From Octopus sinensis (Eukaryota), in assembly GCF_006345805.1 (NCBI RefSeq), contig NC_043010.1, positions 21,638,001 to 21,702,000 of the forward strand: 64,000 nt of DNA. Reading direction: 5' to 3'. The notes beneath the pieces are model-generated. The model made no database searches and was not told where the DNA came from. It saw nothing but the letters and a program-made list of their open reading frames with translations. Shown here one piece after another: positions 1 through 14,346 of the stretch. The position numbers and the translations under genes are program-made. The stretch's first letter is position 1. Every line of letters starts with the position of its first letter.

Positions 1-371
1 GGTCGATTTAACCGACTAGGCCACTCCCCCAAAATGTCGGGCCTTAGTCACTGCTTCAAATGAAATGAAATAGTAGAATGGTTAACCAATACATAGAAGA
101 ATAAAACAAGCTTCTCCATATTGTGTCGTCAATATTAGTTTAGAACAAAAGCAGGGATCTGACACAACACTACGTGCCGAGCTAAATGCTTACCACCTTT
201 CTGTGCGACTCTACGTCCTGAGTTCAAATTCCGCCGGCGTCAACTTTGCCTTTCATCCTTTAGAGGTCGATAAAACACTAGTTGAGCTCTGGGACCGATG
301 TAATCGACTTAGCCCCTATTCTGAAATTGGTGGCCTTGAGTCAACGTTTGAAACAAGTATTAGGTTAGAAT

Positions 372-585
372 AAGGCGGCGAGCTGGCAAAATTGTTAAGA
401 CGCCGGGAAAAACTCTCTGAAGTATTTCTTCCCTCATTAGGTTCAGAGTACAAAACCCGCCTGATTCATCTTTGTCTTTCAACCCACGGGGTCCATAGAA
501 CAAATACCAGTTGAGCACTGGGGGTTTGGCTTATTCCCTCAGCCCAACTTGCTGGCCTTTGCTCAAAATTTGAAAGCAATATTCA
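372..585 (+). mobile_element. tRNA-derived SINE, family S1 (head AAGGCGGCGAGCTGGCAGAA), diverged copy
   Basis: Head and body align by eye with the copies at 1907, 3631, 5393 and 49579. A further partial copy lies at ~180-330. Confidence 0.8.
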
Positions 586-751
586 GTTAGAAAACAGTCA
601 CACACATTTTTCTTTTTTCTTTTTGTATTTTCATATGGCAGAAAGTTTTAAGCTTGACAGAAGGACGGAGAAATTCATGTATACACATGTAATGGATTTA
701 GTTCTATTTCTCCTGTTTTTCTAGCATTTCACATACGTGCGCGCGCATGCG

Positions 752-797
<46 letters not shown>

Positions 798-1404
798 ATA
801 TATATATATATATATAACGCGTAAACAAAGCCTGAAATATTGCTTGGAGATACGTGGCGTATTGTATAAATATGCATGTTCAAGTGTCATTAAAGTACGA
901 AAATAACACTTTCGGTTGCGTATTGAATTGATATAGATATATATATGTATATATATTTGCGCGCACATAGACATATGTATAAATGTATGTATGTAGTCGA
1001 AAGGTTGCCACCGCACCCTTTTGCAGCTTACAAACTTCGCACTATCCGAGGTAGTGCTAGTTAAACTTGCTCAAGGTGCCACGCTGTAGTAATTAACCCG
1101 AAATTACGAGGTTAGGAATTTCTTAAGCACGTGACAATGCCTGCACATAGATTAGATCACATCTCCTCCAACTTTCAAATTAATCCCTATAATGGTGATA
1201 AGATGAATTTAGCCTCAGCAAAATTATAATATATCGTATTAGAAGAGAGTGGATGTTGTACATGAGAACTTGATATTATTGTCTTTATAATTAATTCCTG
1301 TGGCAATTAGAGTAAAGAAATGTATTATGCGTTTATAATGATCTGGGGAGAGAATGATCTCAATAATTAAAGAACAACTGCAGATCTGTTATCTTGTTTC
1401 AGTC

Positions 1405-1815
1405 ATTAGATTGTGGCCATGCTGGGGCACCACTTTGAAGAATTTTTAGTCTAATGAATCGACATTAGTGCTTATATTTTTATTTTAAACCTAGTACTTA
1501 CGCTATCGTTGTCTTGGAATGAACCGTTAAGTTACGCAGACGTAAACACACCAGCACCGGCTGTTATGTGATGGGGGAAACACAGACAAAGAGGCATACA
1601 CATTTACACACAAATACAGTCAAACAGAGACACACACATACACACATACTCATACACATACATACACATATACATATATGTACATAATGGGCTTCTTTCA
1701 GTTTCCGTTTACCAAATCCACTCACAAGGCTTGGATCAGCCCGAGTACATAGCAAAAGACACTCGCTCAAGGTGCCACGCCAATGGACTGAACCCGCAAC
1801 CATGTGGTTGGGAAG
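1405..1815 (-). mobile_element. tRNA-derived SINE, family S2 (GTGGCTGTGTGGTAAG head, GGCACCTTGGGCAAGTGTC body, internal CA/TA tract)
   Basis: Reverse complement reads ..CACATGGTTGCGGGTTCAGTCCATTGGCGTGGCACCTTGAGCGAGTG..; same family as 7720, 28343, 39020 and 48210. Confidence 0.8.
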
Positions 1816-1906
1816 CAATTTGTTTTCTTTTTATCACACATCCAAGTCTGTGTTTGCATATATCAATAATAGATATAATTCAAAATATGAAGTCGTAGAA
1901 ATATTA

Positions 1907-2315
1907 AAGGCGGCGAGCTGGCAGAAACGTTAGCACGCCGGGCGAAATGCTTAGCAGTATTTCGCCTGTCTTTACGTTCTGAGTTCAAATTCCACCGAGA
2001 TCGACTTTACCTTTCATCCTTTCGGGGTCGATTAAATAAGTACGAATTATGCACTGGGGTCGATATATTCGGCTTAATTCGTTTGTCTGTCCTTGTTTGT
2101 CCTCTGTGTGTTTAGCCCCTTATGGATAGTAAAGAAATAGGTATTTCGTCTGCTGTTACGTTCTGAATTGATATTTGGTCGACTTTGCCTTTCATCCTTT
2201 CGGGGTCGATGAATTAAGTACCATTTACGCACTGGCGTCGATGTAGTCGACATTATCCCTTTGTCTCTACTTGCCCCTCCCCATGTTTAGCCCCTTGTGG
2301 GCAGTAAAGAAATAA
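1907..2315 (+). mobile_element. SINE family S1 with one internal tandem duplication of its 3' body
   Basis: AAGGCGGCGAGCTGGCAGAAACGTTAGCACG head. The block CTTTCATCCTTTCGGGGTCGAT...AAAGAAATA occurs twice (~2030 and ~2190). Confidence 0.9.
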
Positions 2316-3630
2316 GAAATGCTAATCCTTATGATTTTGATAGTTGCTCATTACTTTCACACACTTTCCAAGCTGCAAAGGTTTGCACTATGAAAACTGA
2401 GCTCCTTTTGTCGTGCATGACATGAGATTGCTTTGAGCTGTTGACGAATAACTAACAAATAAAATTATGCTTCACACACTTGAGACGGTGCACACTGGAT
2501 GCATAAATACTATGTTTCATCTAACAAAGAAAACAAAGGAGGATGTAATGCGCCACTCGAAGTACAGGAAAAAATTAATGTCAAAACGACATCAAATGAC
2601 ACTTTGCAGTCGTAAAACATGCGGTAATGTAGTCCTGATTATTCAAATAAATGAAATGAAATTTTCACGTCCGGAGCCACTTTCCTAATAAATCAAGTCA
2701 ACAGACCTAGGATACGAAAATACGTTACGCCTGGGGTTACGCCTAGGAAGTCATCTGGGGAGGTTCGACATTTAGAAGCTAACAGATGATCTGCCATGAG
2801 AAAAGAGCAGTCTCTACTAGGTCAGTTTACCTCCTAGTAATGATATCTAAGCCCGCGTTTTAAATAGCTTGAAAATGCGAGACACGGTAGTTAACGTATA
2901 TGTGCAATGTCTGTAAAAGAGTTGTTATAGTAATGGTTAGTGTTAACTCGTAGCAAGAAGGTTAAGATTGTCATAGCTGGAGGATTACAAAAATAACTAC
3001 GAGAACAACGATACACAATCATATGTTATTGTCTTCAAAGTCTTACAGAAGCACACTTGTCCATTGAATTTTGCATTGATTGCAGATCACATGTTGAAAT
3101 GGCTTTACTTCTTAAATAGAAAATGTCTTCGTTTCATAAATATGTGCTTGTGTGGGTTCCTGCTAGCGAGTGTTTATCTAAAACTCTTGCGAAATCACTT
3201 ATCATTTGGAGACTTCTGAAATAACAGCGACTTACACAAGTGAAATGAAGTAAAACGAAGAATTCTCATGCGATCGAACAAGCGAGCTTTCCCCTTTTGA
3301 TACACTAATTTTCTATTAATTTCTTATCTAATTCGTTTATCAATCGATGTCTCTTGAGAAACTGTGTAATTGTTGCTACACTGGCGCATCTAACTAACAC
3401 GCCATTACGTCTAACGCTACCAATGAGCAAATTATAATATTTCTGGCCAAAGTCATTCAATAAAGCCTGTCAAATTCTCAGATGATCACAAGGATTTTAT
3501 CAGAAATATTACACACACAACGAAATTGGATTTGTATTTAACTGAATAAACTATTAACATTAATACATTTATTGATATTAAACACTTTTTTTTAGCAATA
3601 ATGATAATGTTTTTGATTATAATCACTGCG

Positions 3631-3829
3631 AAGGCGGCGAGCTGGCAGAAACGTTAGCACGTCGGGCGAAATACTTAGCGGTATTTCGTCTGCCGTTACA
3701 TTCTGAGTTCAAATTCCGCCGAGGTCGACTTTGCCTTTCATCATTTCGGGGTCGAATAAATAAGTACCAGTTACACACTGGGATCGATGTAATCATCCAG
3801 CGTGCTAACGATTCTGCCAGCTCGCCGCC
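3631..3829 (+). mobile_element. SINE family S1, 3'-truncated, ending in an inverted copy of its own first 29 bp
   Basis: 3633-3661 and 3801-3829 are reverse complements with 1 mismatch. Confidence 0.85.
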
Positions 3830-4189
3830 GTAATAATTTTAATAAATAATACTTAGAAAAGTATATGAAACGTTGTATTATCTGATAAATTTTATTTTGT
3901 GACCATAATTATAATTTGCTCTTTGATAAGTTTAGCCGTAATAGAGTGTGAGTTAGATACACGAGTAAAGGAGCAATTATGCAGTTACTCAAGAGACATG
4001 AATTTATAAAGGATAAGAATTTAATAGAAAATATGCGAACTGAGTGAGGACTAACATCAATTTTCATTGGCGGCTCTAATTTCTATAAAAAGTCTGTAGA
4101 GATACATTTAAAAAGCCTCTATCTGAGGTTGATTCAAACCTATAAAACCTCAGGCGCTGACTCGGACACTCATTAGAGTTACTGACATA

Positions 4190-4530
4190 GGTGTGTGGAT
4201 AAGAGGCTCGCTTTGTAACCACAAGGTCCCGGGTTCAATCCACTGCACTGTACCTTTTAACCATGGCTTTGGATCCAGTGATGGAAACTGAGTTTAAGCT
4301 CACCAGATGTGTGTGTGTGTTTGTTTGTGTTTATGTCTGTCCCTCCCATTGCATGAGCACAGGTGTTAGTTTGTTTACATCACCGTAGCTTAGCAGTTCA
4401 ATAAAATAGTAAGATAGAATAAATACTAGGCTTACAAATAAGCGCTGGTGTGACTGTGTTCCACTAAACATTCCAAGACACTGCTCCATCATGGCCTCAG
4501 TCAAATAAACGAAACCAGTAAAACAGAAAG
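4190..4530 (+). mobile_element. SINE family S2, diverged
   Basis: GGTGTGTGGATAAGAGGCTCGC..CCCGGGTTCAATCCACTGC head, and the S2 3' body GATAGAATAAATACTAGGCTTAC. Confidence 0.7.
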
Positions 4531-5392
4531 ATGACCGAGCATGGTGTGATGGTAACCGCATTAGTGGAATAGTTTGTGCATTATTGAACTGAGATCGCAT
4601 TCTCTCTAAACCAAAATGAGTAAGCAAGCAAAAGAGCTGGGTTACTAGGGACATAGAACAAGAACACGTTTTTCAGCCTTTGTAGCTTAGAGGTGTACGT
4701 AATATTAAAGTAAGATATCTCTAATTTTATCTTTACGAAAACGCTAGTCTAACTAGTTATATTGGCTGATAGCAAATACCTAATGCACTGATAAGAAAAC
4801 TAAGAATCGAACTTTCAGAAGTGCTAAGTAATTAAAGGGAAAAATTAAAACTAATTAACGATAATTAAATTTGTGTTTAAAATAATTATCTTTTAATTAT
4901 CAATGCTATATTTATCGATTGAGGTGTTTTATAAAATGTTATTAATACTTAGATATAATGACTTTTCTGTGTAGGCAGCTACTGCATAATATGATGTAGC
5001 ACATTGATCCGAATGCACTAAGATGGCAGTTTTAAACAAGGTGCAACCGAGTGGGGTCGAATCTTAAGTCTTACGTAGGAGTTTGTATATTACCCCACAC
5101 ACATACACAGACACACACAAACACATGCATACATATGTATCTGTGTGCGTGTGTGTGTGAAGGCGCATGAACTTGTGATTAGAGTGCACCACTCAGGATC
5201 GCAAGGTTGGGATTTCCATTCCCATCGAGGCGGTGCGTTGTAATTGCTGCGCAAAACACTTCGTTTCACGTTGCTCCTGTTCAGTCAGTTGTGAAAGGAT
5301 AACTCTGTGACCAGTTCAGAGGTGGTCCTATCTCGCCTGCCCAGCCAGCGGGGTGACGTCATTTGAAAACTGATACAATATGACGAAGTACA

Positions 5393-5950
5393 AAGGCGGC
5401 GACCTGGCAGAAACGTTAGCACGCCGGGCGAAATGCGTAGCCGTATTTCGTCTGCCGTTACGTTCTGAGTTCAAATTCCGCCGAGGTCGACTTTGCCTTT
5501 CATCCTTTCGGGGTCGATAAATTAAGTACCAATTACGTAATGGATTCGATATAATCGACTTAATCCCGTTGTCTGTCCTTGTTTGTCCCCTCTATGTTTA
5601 GCCCATTGTGGGCAGTAAAGAAATAGGTATTTAGTCTGCCGCTACGTTCTGAGTTCAAATTCCGCCGAGGTCGACTTTGCCTTTCATCCATTTGGGGTCG
5701 ATGATTTAAGTACCAGTTACGCACTGGGGTCGATGTAATCGACTTAATCCGTCTGTCTGTCCTTGTTTGTCTCCTCTGTGTTTAGCCCCTTGTGAGTAGT
5801 AAAGAAATAGGTATTTCTGCGTTCAAATTCTTCCGAGGTCAACTTTGCCTGTAATCCTTTCGGGGTTGATGAATTAAGTACCCGTTGCGTACTGGTTCTG
5901 ATTTAATCGACTGCTCGCCTCCCAAAAATTTGGGCCTTGTGCCTAGAGTA
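5393..5950 (+). mobile_element. SINE family S1 with three tandem body subunits
   Basis: One head, then GTTCAAATTCCGCCGAGGTCGACTTTGCC or a close variant recurs at ~5469, ~5654 and ~5821, about 180 bp apart. Confidence 0.9.
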
Positions 5951-6260
5951 GAATAGAAGAAGACGAAATGCATTGTAACCAACAAGGTATAACATCCGAT
6001 AGCATAGTCCAGTGCTCCGCAACCGGTGTGCCACGAGACAATGCTGAGTGTACCGCAGTGTAAATTGAATATAATTTTTTCCCCGTACGTTTAGTTATAT
6101 TTTTAGTTCAAGTGTGCCGCCAAATTTTGAAAGGAGTGTAAGTGTACCACAAGTGAAACAACGGTTGCGGAGCACTGGTATATTCGATAAGCAATACACA
6201 CACACGCACACATATATGTAAATGTATATGTATGTGTGTATATGCATGTGTGTGTATATG

Positions 6261-6289
<29 letters not shown>

Positions 6290-6298
<9 letters not shown>

Positions 6299-6480
6299 TG
6301 TGTGTATCTATGTTTGTGTTTGTCCCTACCACCACTTGACAACCGATGTTAGCGGTTAGGCAAAACAGACCGATAGAATAAGTACTAGGCTTACAAAGAA
6401 TAAGACTTGGGGTCGATTTGTTCGACTAAAATCGATGCCCCAGCATGGCCGCAGTCAAATGACTGAAACAAATAAAATAA
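6290..6480 (+). mobile_element. SINE family S2, 3' half
   Basis: GACCGATAGAATAAGTACTAGGCTTACAAAGAATAAG...CAGCATGGCCGCAGTCAAATGACTGAAACAA. Confidence 0.8.
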
Positions 6481-6699
6481 TATGTGTGTGTGTGATTTAT
6501 GCATTATTCTGGTTCATTTCAAAATTTCTTGTCAATAGAGGATGAGCCGGTTTCTAACCTAGATCTAAGGCTCACTCATTGGAATTTCAAAATCAAAAAT
6601 AGGGTGTTTTTGTATGTATGTATGTATGTATGTATGTATGAATGAGCAAATTTGTATGTTGTTTTACGTATGTATTCTCATGCATATAGTTGCATATCT

Positions 6700-6945
6700 A
6701 GACATGCTCATATATATTTAAAGGATAAACTTCTGGAAGGTTTTACAGGTTTTTTACAGTTCCAATTATGGATTGGATCTGTAGTCTTCAAATCAGCTCT
6801 CTCCTTTCTTGTTTTGAGAAACCAAATTTCTCAGGACTGGTATTTATGCAGTGTGTTACATAACCCATTGCTCCAATAATTACAGATATAAACCTGAATT
6901 TGTAATCTACATAAAGTAACTGCAAATTCCTCAATAGGAATGTGC
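6700..6945 (-). pseudogene. Dong/R4-type (RLE) non-LTR retrotransposon C-terminal fragment
   Basis: Minus strand translates as YKFRFISVIIGAMGYVTHC..EKFGFSKQERRELI*RLQIQSIIGTVK, matching the PIIIGALG...LQ...GT C-terminus of this clade. Confidence 0.7.
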
Positions 6946-7719
6946 ACAGTTTCTTTATCGCAAATCATTGTATGTGAGTATGTATGGATATATGTATGTA
7001 TGTATGTATGTTTTCAGACAGATTTCTTTCGAAATATTGTTATTCAAGCAGTAATACCAGTGTAGATTTTTGAATGTGTTCACCTGAAATCACCATTAAA
7101 TCTTACACAAAACTTTTAAGTACCCTGGATCCTATTCTACACGTTGTTAACTCTTCTGGCATGTAAAAAGTGTTGATGAGTCATCGAGGGATTCCTAGTG
7201 TGATATTTTCGATACCAATGGGTTGTGTAGTAGCTGTCTTTGTTTAGTCCCTAATCAACTCCGAAAGGTCCTACGGTCGAAAGCTTTCAAAAATCAACGA
7301 ATCCGTTTACTTCTCTTCAGATATTTTCTATACAACTGATATTAATATGTCAATACCGTTTTAAAAGTATTTCTGAGACCTGAAAATTCTATCCTTTTTA
7401 CGGGTTAAACAACTGCATTAAGTTTTCGTTATTGGTTGAGCTTCAGGCTTTTAACAATGCTTTGAGAATATTCATCGATGGGAATTACTACACTTCAGAT
7501 CAGTGGTTACCAGACTGTTTACCAGGGAGTGTCGTTTGTATTTACATAACATCATTTTGAAAGATTTGCCTGTATGTCCAGTCTTCGACTCATTTCAGTG
7601 ACACCAAACAATCTCTTTGTGAACCATAACGGATTCGCGGACTAAGGTTAAAGAGCGCTGATGAGTTTTTAGGTATTTACTGGAAGGAATAAGCAAAGCA
7701 ATTAACAAAATGTAAGAAA

Positions 7720-7834
7720 TTTGGTAGTAGTCCCACAGCGTGGCACCGTCGGCAAGATTGTTTTCTACTATAGTCTCGAGTCGATCAAAATATTGTGAAT
7801 GGATTTGGTAGACGGAAAGTGAAAGAAGCCCGAC

Positions 7835-7876
<42 letters not shown>

Positions 7877-7917
7877 GTGTGTGTTTATATATATATATAT
7901 ATGTGTACATATATACG

Positions 7918-7949
<32 letters not shown>

Positions 7950-8045
7950 ATATATATACATACATATGGCCCCCACCACCCCACTACCGTTTGACAACCA
8001 GTGTTAGTGTGATTATGTCTCTGTAACTTAGCGGTTCGGCAAAAG
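7720..8045 (+). mobile_element. SINE family S2 with internal (TA)n
   Basis: GTCCCACAGCGTGGCACC..GTGAATGGATTTGGTAGACGGAAAGTGAAAGAAGCCCGACG..TAACTTAGCGGTTCGGCAAAAGAG. Confidence 0.8.
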
Positions 8046-8049
8046 AGTA

Positions 8050-8620
8050 AATTGTCATGCCGATACCTGCTCAGAGGCCTACGCAAAGTTGCAGAAAGTG
8101 TATGGGGAGGAGTGTATGAGCAGCACAGAAGAGTACGAGTGGTTCACACGTTTCCAAGATGGCCGAAAAATGTCAATAACAGCGAAAGTTCTGGGAGACC
8201 CGCAACCAACAGGACTAAGAAAAATATCACAGATGTGCGTGAACTGTGATGAGGAAATCGCCGAATCACCATTGGTGAGTAATCAGATGAAGTGCAGTAT
8301 AGTTACGGTTCAGTTCAATCTATTATCAGTTAAGATTTGGGTATGAGACATGTGTCTGCCAAGTTTGGGCCGAAACTGATTTCAGCTGACTTGATTCTGT
8401 CGAGAACGATGAAAACTCTTTGAAAACTTTTCGCAGCCAAAATTTCATACAGGTCCTCTACTCAACTTTCTCTGTCATGATCAATGCGCCAGTCACACAC
8501 TACGCACTTCCTTCCAAGCATTGCTGTAAACAGCTGAAGTGAGCTAGAACGTTAACACTTAAAACGCCTGCATAGGTCAGTATGTGCCAAGCAGCTTTCC
8601 GCTGCGGGCTTTAGGCTCGT
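8050..8620 (+). pseudogene. Degenerate mariner transposase N-terminal (HTH) remnant
   Basis: Frameshifted pieces AKLQKVYGEECMS..EYEWFTRFQDGR / SGRP..T / DLGMRHVSAKF match the mariner HTH and the region of the WVP motif. Confidence 0.8.
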
Positions 8621-11016
8621 TTCTATGGCAACAGTCTCGATACTTATTGATCAGATAATATATTTTAATTTTGTTAATAACTTCAAAATTTAATCGATAA
8701 AAGTGTAATTCATCTATTAATGGACTGAGTATGGTGGGATGCGCTCAATCACAACTTCGTGAGTTTGATAATATCCCATCGGAATACTCAGGCACCTAGA
8801 CTCTAATTCAGTTGACATGTAGCCAAGTTGATCGAACAACAAAATTATCATCAACGAAACCGACGGAGATCCATTATTAAGAAAAGTCATTACGATGCAA
8901 TAATTTGCATTCGTTTTGTCTCTACAAACCATTCAGAGCTGGAATATTCGCTGGATCTTGATCTAAAATAAAAAACTGCCTGTCTGATGCAATCGTGCCA
9001 GTGAAGAATATCAGGCCATTATAGATGACTATGGTATGAATGACTGTCAAACATTGTCAGTGAGAACATGTCAAAGAATTTTGGGGAATTTTAGTTGAAT
9101 TTTTGTGAATTTTGGTGAATTTTTAGTTATGTGTTGCTGTTGATTATAGAAAGAAATTTCACGTGCATACGTCAGTTGTACAGAGACGGTGAATATTGTG
9201 TTTAATGTTTATATTCATGTATATATATTACTGAGACGCATTTTGAAACTTGCTAATCATTTCGTTTCTTCTAAAGAATAGAATTAAGTTTATACAAATC
9301 TTTGGCAAAGTGGCAATTTTTCCCGTACAGTATTTATTCACTACTGTAAGTAATCCTTTTATACTTTTTTCAATCAAGAGCCTTGCCTAAAATATAAGAC
9401 ATCTCGCGAGCATTCTAACAAAATACATACTTTATTTCGATTTGAATTTTCAATACCTATTATCTTTACTGACACAATTCATCATTAATTTCTACAGATT
9501 CTTATGGTTTACGAAGATTTAAATATGTTGCAATAATTTAACATTATTTTCTGATTTGAAGTCATTTGTCAATTGAATGCCCTCCCAGAATCAAAGTTAA
9601 TTAAGCATCAAAACCTCTAAGTTTATTGTACATAATGATTTTTAAAAATTGCTTGCTACATTGGTGTTATAAATTCGCTGCAGATAGTATATATTATTTG
9701 GTCGTTTGCTTGTGGAGGCGAAAATGAATTGTCTTGTTATCCCGAATAATTTAGATTTTGTATGTATAATCATTTGAATACAACATTATACATACATTAT
9801 ACATAACGTATGTATAACATTATACAACATTATACATAAGATAGTGAATGTAGAATGTACAAGTCTTCTTTGTATGAAATACTTTAATTATCTATACGAA
9901 AATCCTTCATGCTTCTTAAAGATAGGGTACGTAGGAAAAAGCGAGATCATCTTATCTATAAACTGGCCGATAAAGTTCTGTGCCGCACCAGAAAACTCGA
10001 AATCTCAGTTTTTTTATAACGCTTTGTAAAATTTCTAGAAAATTCGACCAGACTATATGGCGGGAAGATTTCATTTCACATGGTTGCTCACTAGCCGATC
10101 TGATTGGTACCCTGTATGGCAACACAATGAATCATTCGAAAGTGTCCTTGACATTTATGGTAGTAACGTATACCGAGTTTTTTAGTTGAGAAACCTGAAA
10201 GCAATAGTTCAAGACACAGCAGCAACTTTGTTACACTCCCTTTAATTTTTCAACATAATACTCCATCACAATATGGATTATCGGATTAGGTGTTACGAGA
10301 AAATCCATAAACTTGAATAAATTCACAAACTATTGGATGCCTAATACTAAAACAATTTCAGCATTATTACATCACAAATACGATGTGACAACTAATCACT
10401 ACTTGCTTCGAAAAAGACTATTTTTAGACGTGAAGTATAATTTTTCTACGTTAATGTTTTTCTTATTGAAAATAACTAAAATTTGATGAATTTTGTTATC
10501 GATTCACACATTATAAAGAGCACTGAGACTGTTTGAACTACATTATATTTGAGTAGACACGTTCTTGGATTGTATATCTGAATTATTACCCATAAATTTC
10601 AATAAACAATCTAACTATTACATTCTATGGTTAGATGATTAGATTTTTATCTGCTACTTAAATTTATATATCCGTTAAGTATTTTTAAATATCAAAGCAT
10701 GATGGCGTTCTTGCTGAAATGTATTTCGCTAATCATTATCGAATGATCAAGTTCCTCCGAAATGTTCTTCCATCTTTTTGAAATCAGTTCTTCACTATAA
10801 TATTAGCGAGGAATTAAGGAAGCCATAATGAATACATGGGCTATATACATTTTCATTGCGAATTATCTGAGATAATTTTTCATCTGCTACATTTAATAAA
10901 CATAAAAGTGAAAGAGAGCAAACTAAACGTTCTGACACTTCATGTCTACGAGTATTATGTTTACAGATTTCTAAGACTAATCAATATTGCCTTTTCCTAT
11001 ATATGATGATTATATA

Positions 11017-11081
<65 letters not shown>

Positions 11082-11086
11082 TATAG

Positions 11087-11141
<55 letters not shown>

Positions 11142-11154
11142 TATATGTACACAC

Positions 11155-11192
<38 letters not shown>

Positions 11193-11336
11193 GTTTATAT
11201 ATTATAAAATATATGCATACATACACATATATCTATATATTTACGAATACACATTTATATATATATAATAAAATATATGCATACATACACATAATATCTA
11301 TATACGTACATAAACACATATATACATATATGTATG

Positions 11337-11384
<48 letters not shown>

Positions 11385-12131
11385 AAAATATATACATGCA
11401 TACACATGTATCTATGTATTTACGCACACATATATGTGTATATATATATAATGAAATATATGTATACACACACATAAATATCTATATACGTACATACACA
11501 CGTACATACATATATGTATGTATATATATATATATATATACATATCTGTTGAATCACCGAGAAGTGCCATGTATACTTTCATGTTTATATACACACTTAC
11601 ACATGTACATCTATATACACACGGACGCATAAGCGTAGGGTCGATATAACCTTTGGGGAAAAGCGTTTTAGGATGTAAAACTCTTAGGATCTACTCCTCG
11701 GTAATTTTGTTTCATCAATATATTAGGATCTGGCGATGTTATATTTGCTGCAAATTTTACCGAACCACGAAAGGTCAGAACAACCACGAACAAAACAAAA
11801 ACGAAAAAAACAAAAACAATAAAAATAGCAAAAATAACAAAAGCAAAAAGAAACAACATGAACTAATAAAAGAAGATATGCTTTAACATAAAACTGGATT
11901 TGTTTAATGCATATAGTGATTCGACAATTCGGAACTGTTGAACAATACCGCTGGATAGAGGTGGTATGAGTCATATCGAAAGATGCAACGAGGAGGGCAA
12001 ATGAAAAGAGAAAGATAGAGAGAGAAATAGAGAAGTTGAGAGAGAGAGGGGTGAGAGATAAAGAAAGAAATAAAGAAAGAGAAAGAGAAGGAGAGAGAGA
12101 GGGAGAGAGATAATATGATACACACCGTATA

Positions 12132-12165
<34 letters not shown>

Positions 12166-12305
12166 ACTATATATATACATTTATATATATATATGTATGT
12201 ATATATATATATATCTGTATATGTGTATATATATATATGCATGTATGTATGTATGTATATATATATATGCATGTATGTATGTATGTATATATATATATAT
12301 GTATA

Positions 12306-12380
<75 letters not shown>

Positions 12381-12477
12381 ATTGCACACCGGAAGAGACG
12401 CGGTATTGGAAACGTAGGAAATAAAAGCTTGATATATGCTGAATATACCATCGCCCTAAAAGAGTCATTGCGTTAGA

Positions 12478-12536
12478 TTTTACAATAACAACAACAACTA
12501 CTACTAATACTACTCCTAATATTAATACTACGTGAG

Positions 12537-12596
<60 letters not shown>

Positions 12597-12694
12597 GTAA
12601 TAACAATAATAATAATAGTAATAATAATGATAATAATAGTAATAATAATAATAAGGATAATAATGATAGTAGTAGTAGTAGTAGTAGTAGTAGC

Positions 12695-12757
<63 letters not shown>

Positions 12758-12796
12758 TGTTGTTGTTGTTGTTGTTGTAGTAGTAACAGTAACAAA
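12478..12796. repeat. Compound trinucleotide microsatellite (ACA/TAA/TAG/TTG)
   Basis: Seen directly; it is the source of the poly-L/T/Y/I/V ORFs. Confidence 0.95.
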
Positions 12797-13030
12797 ATGC
12801 CATGATAAAATGAGGGCAAGAAAGCCCTTACTTGGCAAATACTGGGATAAGCTATACAGAAAAGAAATGGAGAATGTAAAACCCCAACAATGGTGGTGAA
12901 TCTGAGGACAAAGCAGAAACTAAAAGATTCTCAGTTGCGGTCTGAGATTCTTAATTGAGGCCTCACCGCAGGAAACCCCCAGAAACACAAAGAAAAATAC
13001 AGTAAGTACCTGCAAAATACATGGTAATGG
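12797..13030 (+). pseudogene. Dong/R4-type LINE fragment (post-RT region)
   Basis: [20 protein letters not shown] resembles the KPLHGKYW motif. It abuts a (TAA/TAG)n tract. Confidence 0.5.
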
Positions 13031-13897
13031 GGAAGTCGTGGCTATGAAGGAATATATCCTAAGGTATGACAGTGTTGGCTCGTATATATACACCGGAAGC
13101 TAAGCTAACACCATGGAATGACAACAGGAGAAAGATGATATAGGTACGACCCAGAAAATCATATCTCTTTAAATTCAGAGGAGGAACTCCTGCGCAATTG
13201 TTCATCATCAGATAAATAGCAGAAAATTTCCCTTCCAAATTGTACATGAAAAAATTAAAGAAGTCAGAATTAAAGTATATTTGATCAGATATCTGGCGAT
13301 CCAAAGTGACTTGGTGAACAGGATCTAAAATAAAACAGCGAAAACGCGTTTACCATTACTGTTTGACGACCAGGTAGAAAGAAAACAATATATATATATA
13401 TACATATATCAGTTTGTATGGTTGTGTACAGGTAATTACATTAGTCAATGGAATAACATCATAGTCTTAGCTTCACGTTTTCATTTTGTATGCCTTGCAA
13501 TAATAATAATGATAAAAGTTCTTTCATGTTTTCCTCAATCTTCAGGCTCATGTAGCAGCAGTGTTAACTGATAACTGTGAGTGACAATTGATAACTGTGA
13601 TAGGTTGATTGAATCGATCCTTTAAATACCTTCCAAAATGCTACAGCAGGCTGAATTTGAGGAGATTCTTATAGAAAAATTTTAATCAAATAGCGTGCTC
13701 AAGAAAATGACATGGCTTCGTGAGCACGTCAACACACCTGTCCTTATCTGCGCACATTCAACGAAATATTTTAATCAATTACAATCTGAGGTACTGAGCA
13801 GAATGTTTGCTGTAGCCCATCTTTTACACCAAGACAACGTGTACATAATATCACGTCCGATCAGTTAAGATCAGAAGCCATGAGAGCATTATTATTA

Positions 13898-13951
<54 letters not shown>

Positions 13952-13952
<1 letters not shown>

Positions 13953-14346
13953 CTTTCAGTAGTTTTATTTTTATAGCGTGCTTTCACTTCACTACCGAGC
14001 GCAGCTCTGTGTGCCTTGGTTATGTGCTATGATTTGTTGTGATGCTCTGATGGTTATTATATGGAATGTGTTCTGCGTAGGATGTGTGCAGTGCCTAGTA
14101 GTGCAAGTTTCTGTATGTTATATGTTTTTGTGTTATGTTTGTGTTATGTTATGGTGTTTTTGTTTTGTATTTGTCTGAATATTTTTTTATCATGCCTAAT
14201 GCACCTATTATGATAGGAAATGTTTCTGTTTTTAGATTCCACATTCTGGTTACCTCTTTTTCCAGGTCTTTGTATTTTGAAAGTTTCTCCATTTCTTTTA
14301 GAGATACGTTGTCATCTGCCGGTATTGATACATCAATTAGAAAGCA
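13952..14346 (-). mobile_element. 5'-truncated Dong/R4-type LINE 3' end inside (TAA)n
   Basis: Minus strand reads CFLIDVSIPADDNVSLKEMEKLSKYKDLEKEVTRMWNLKTETFPIIIGALGM plus a 3' UTR. (ATT)n flanks both sides (13889-13951, 14347-14469), the established target of Dong elements. Confidence 0.85.
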
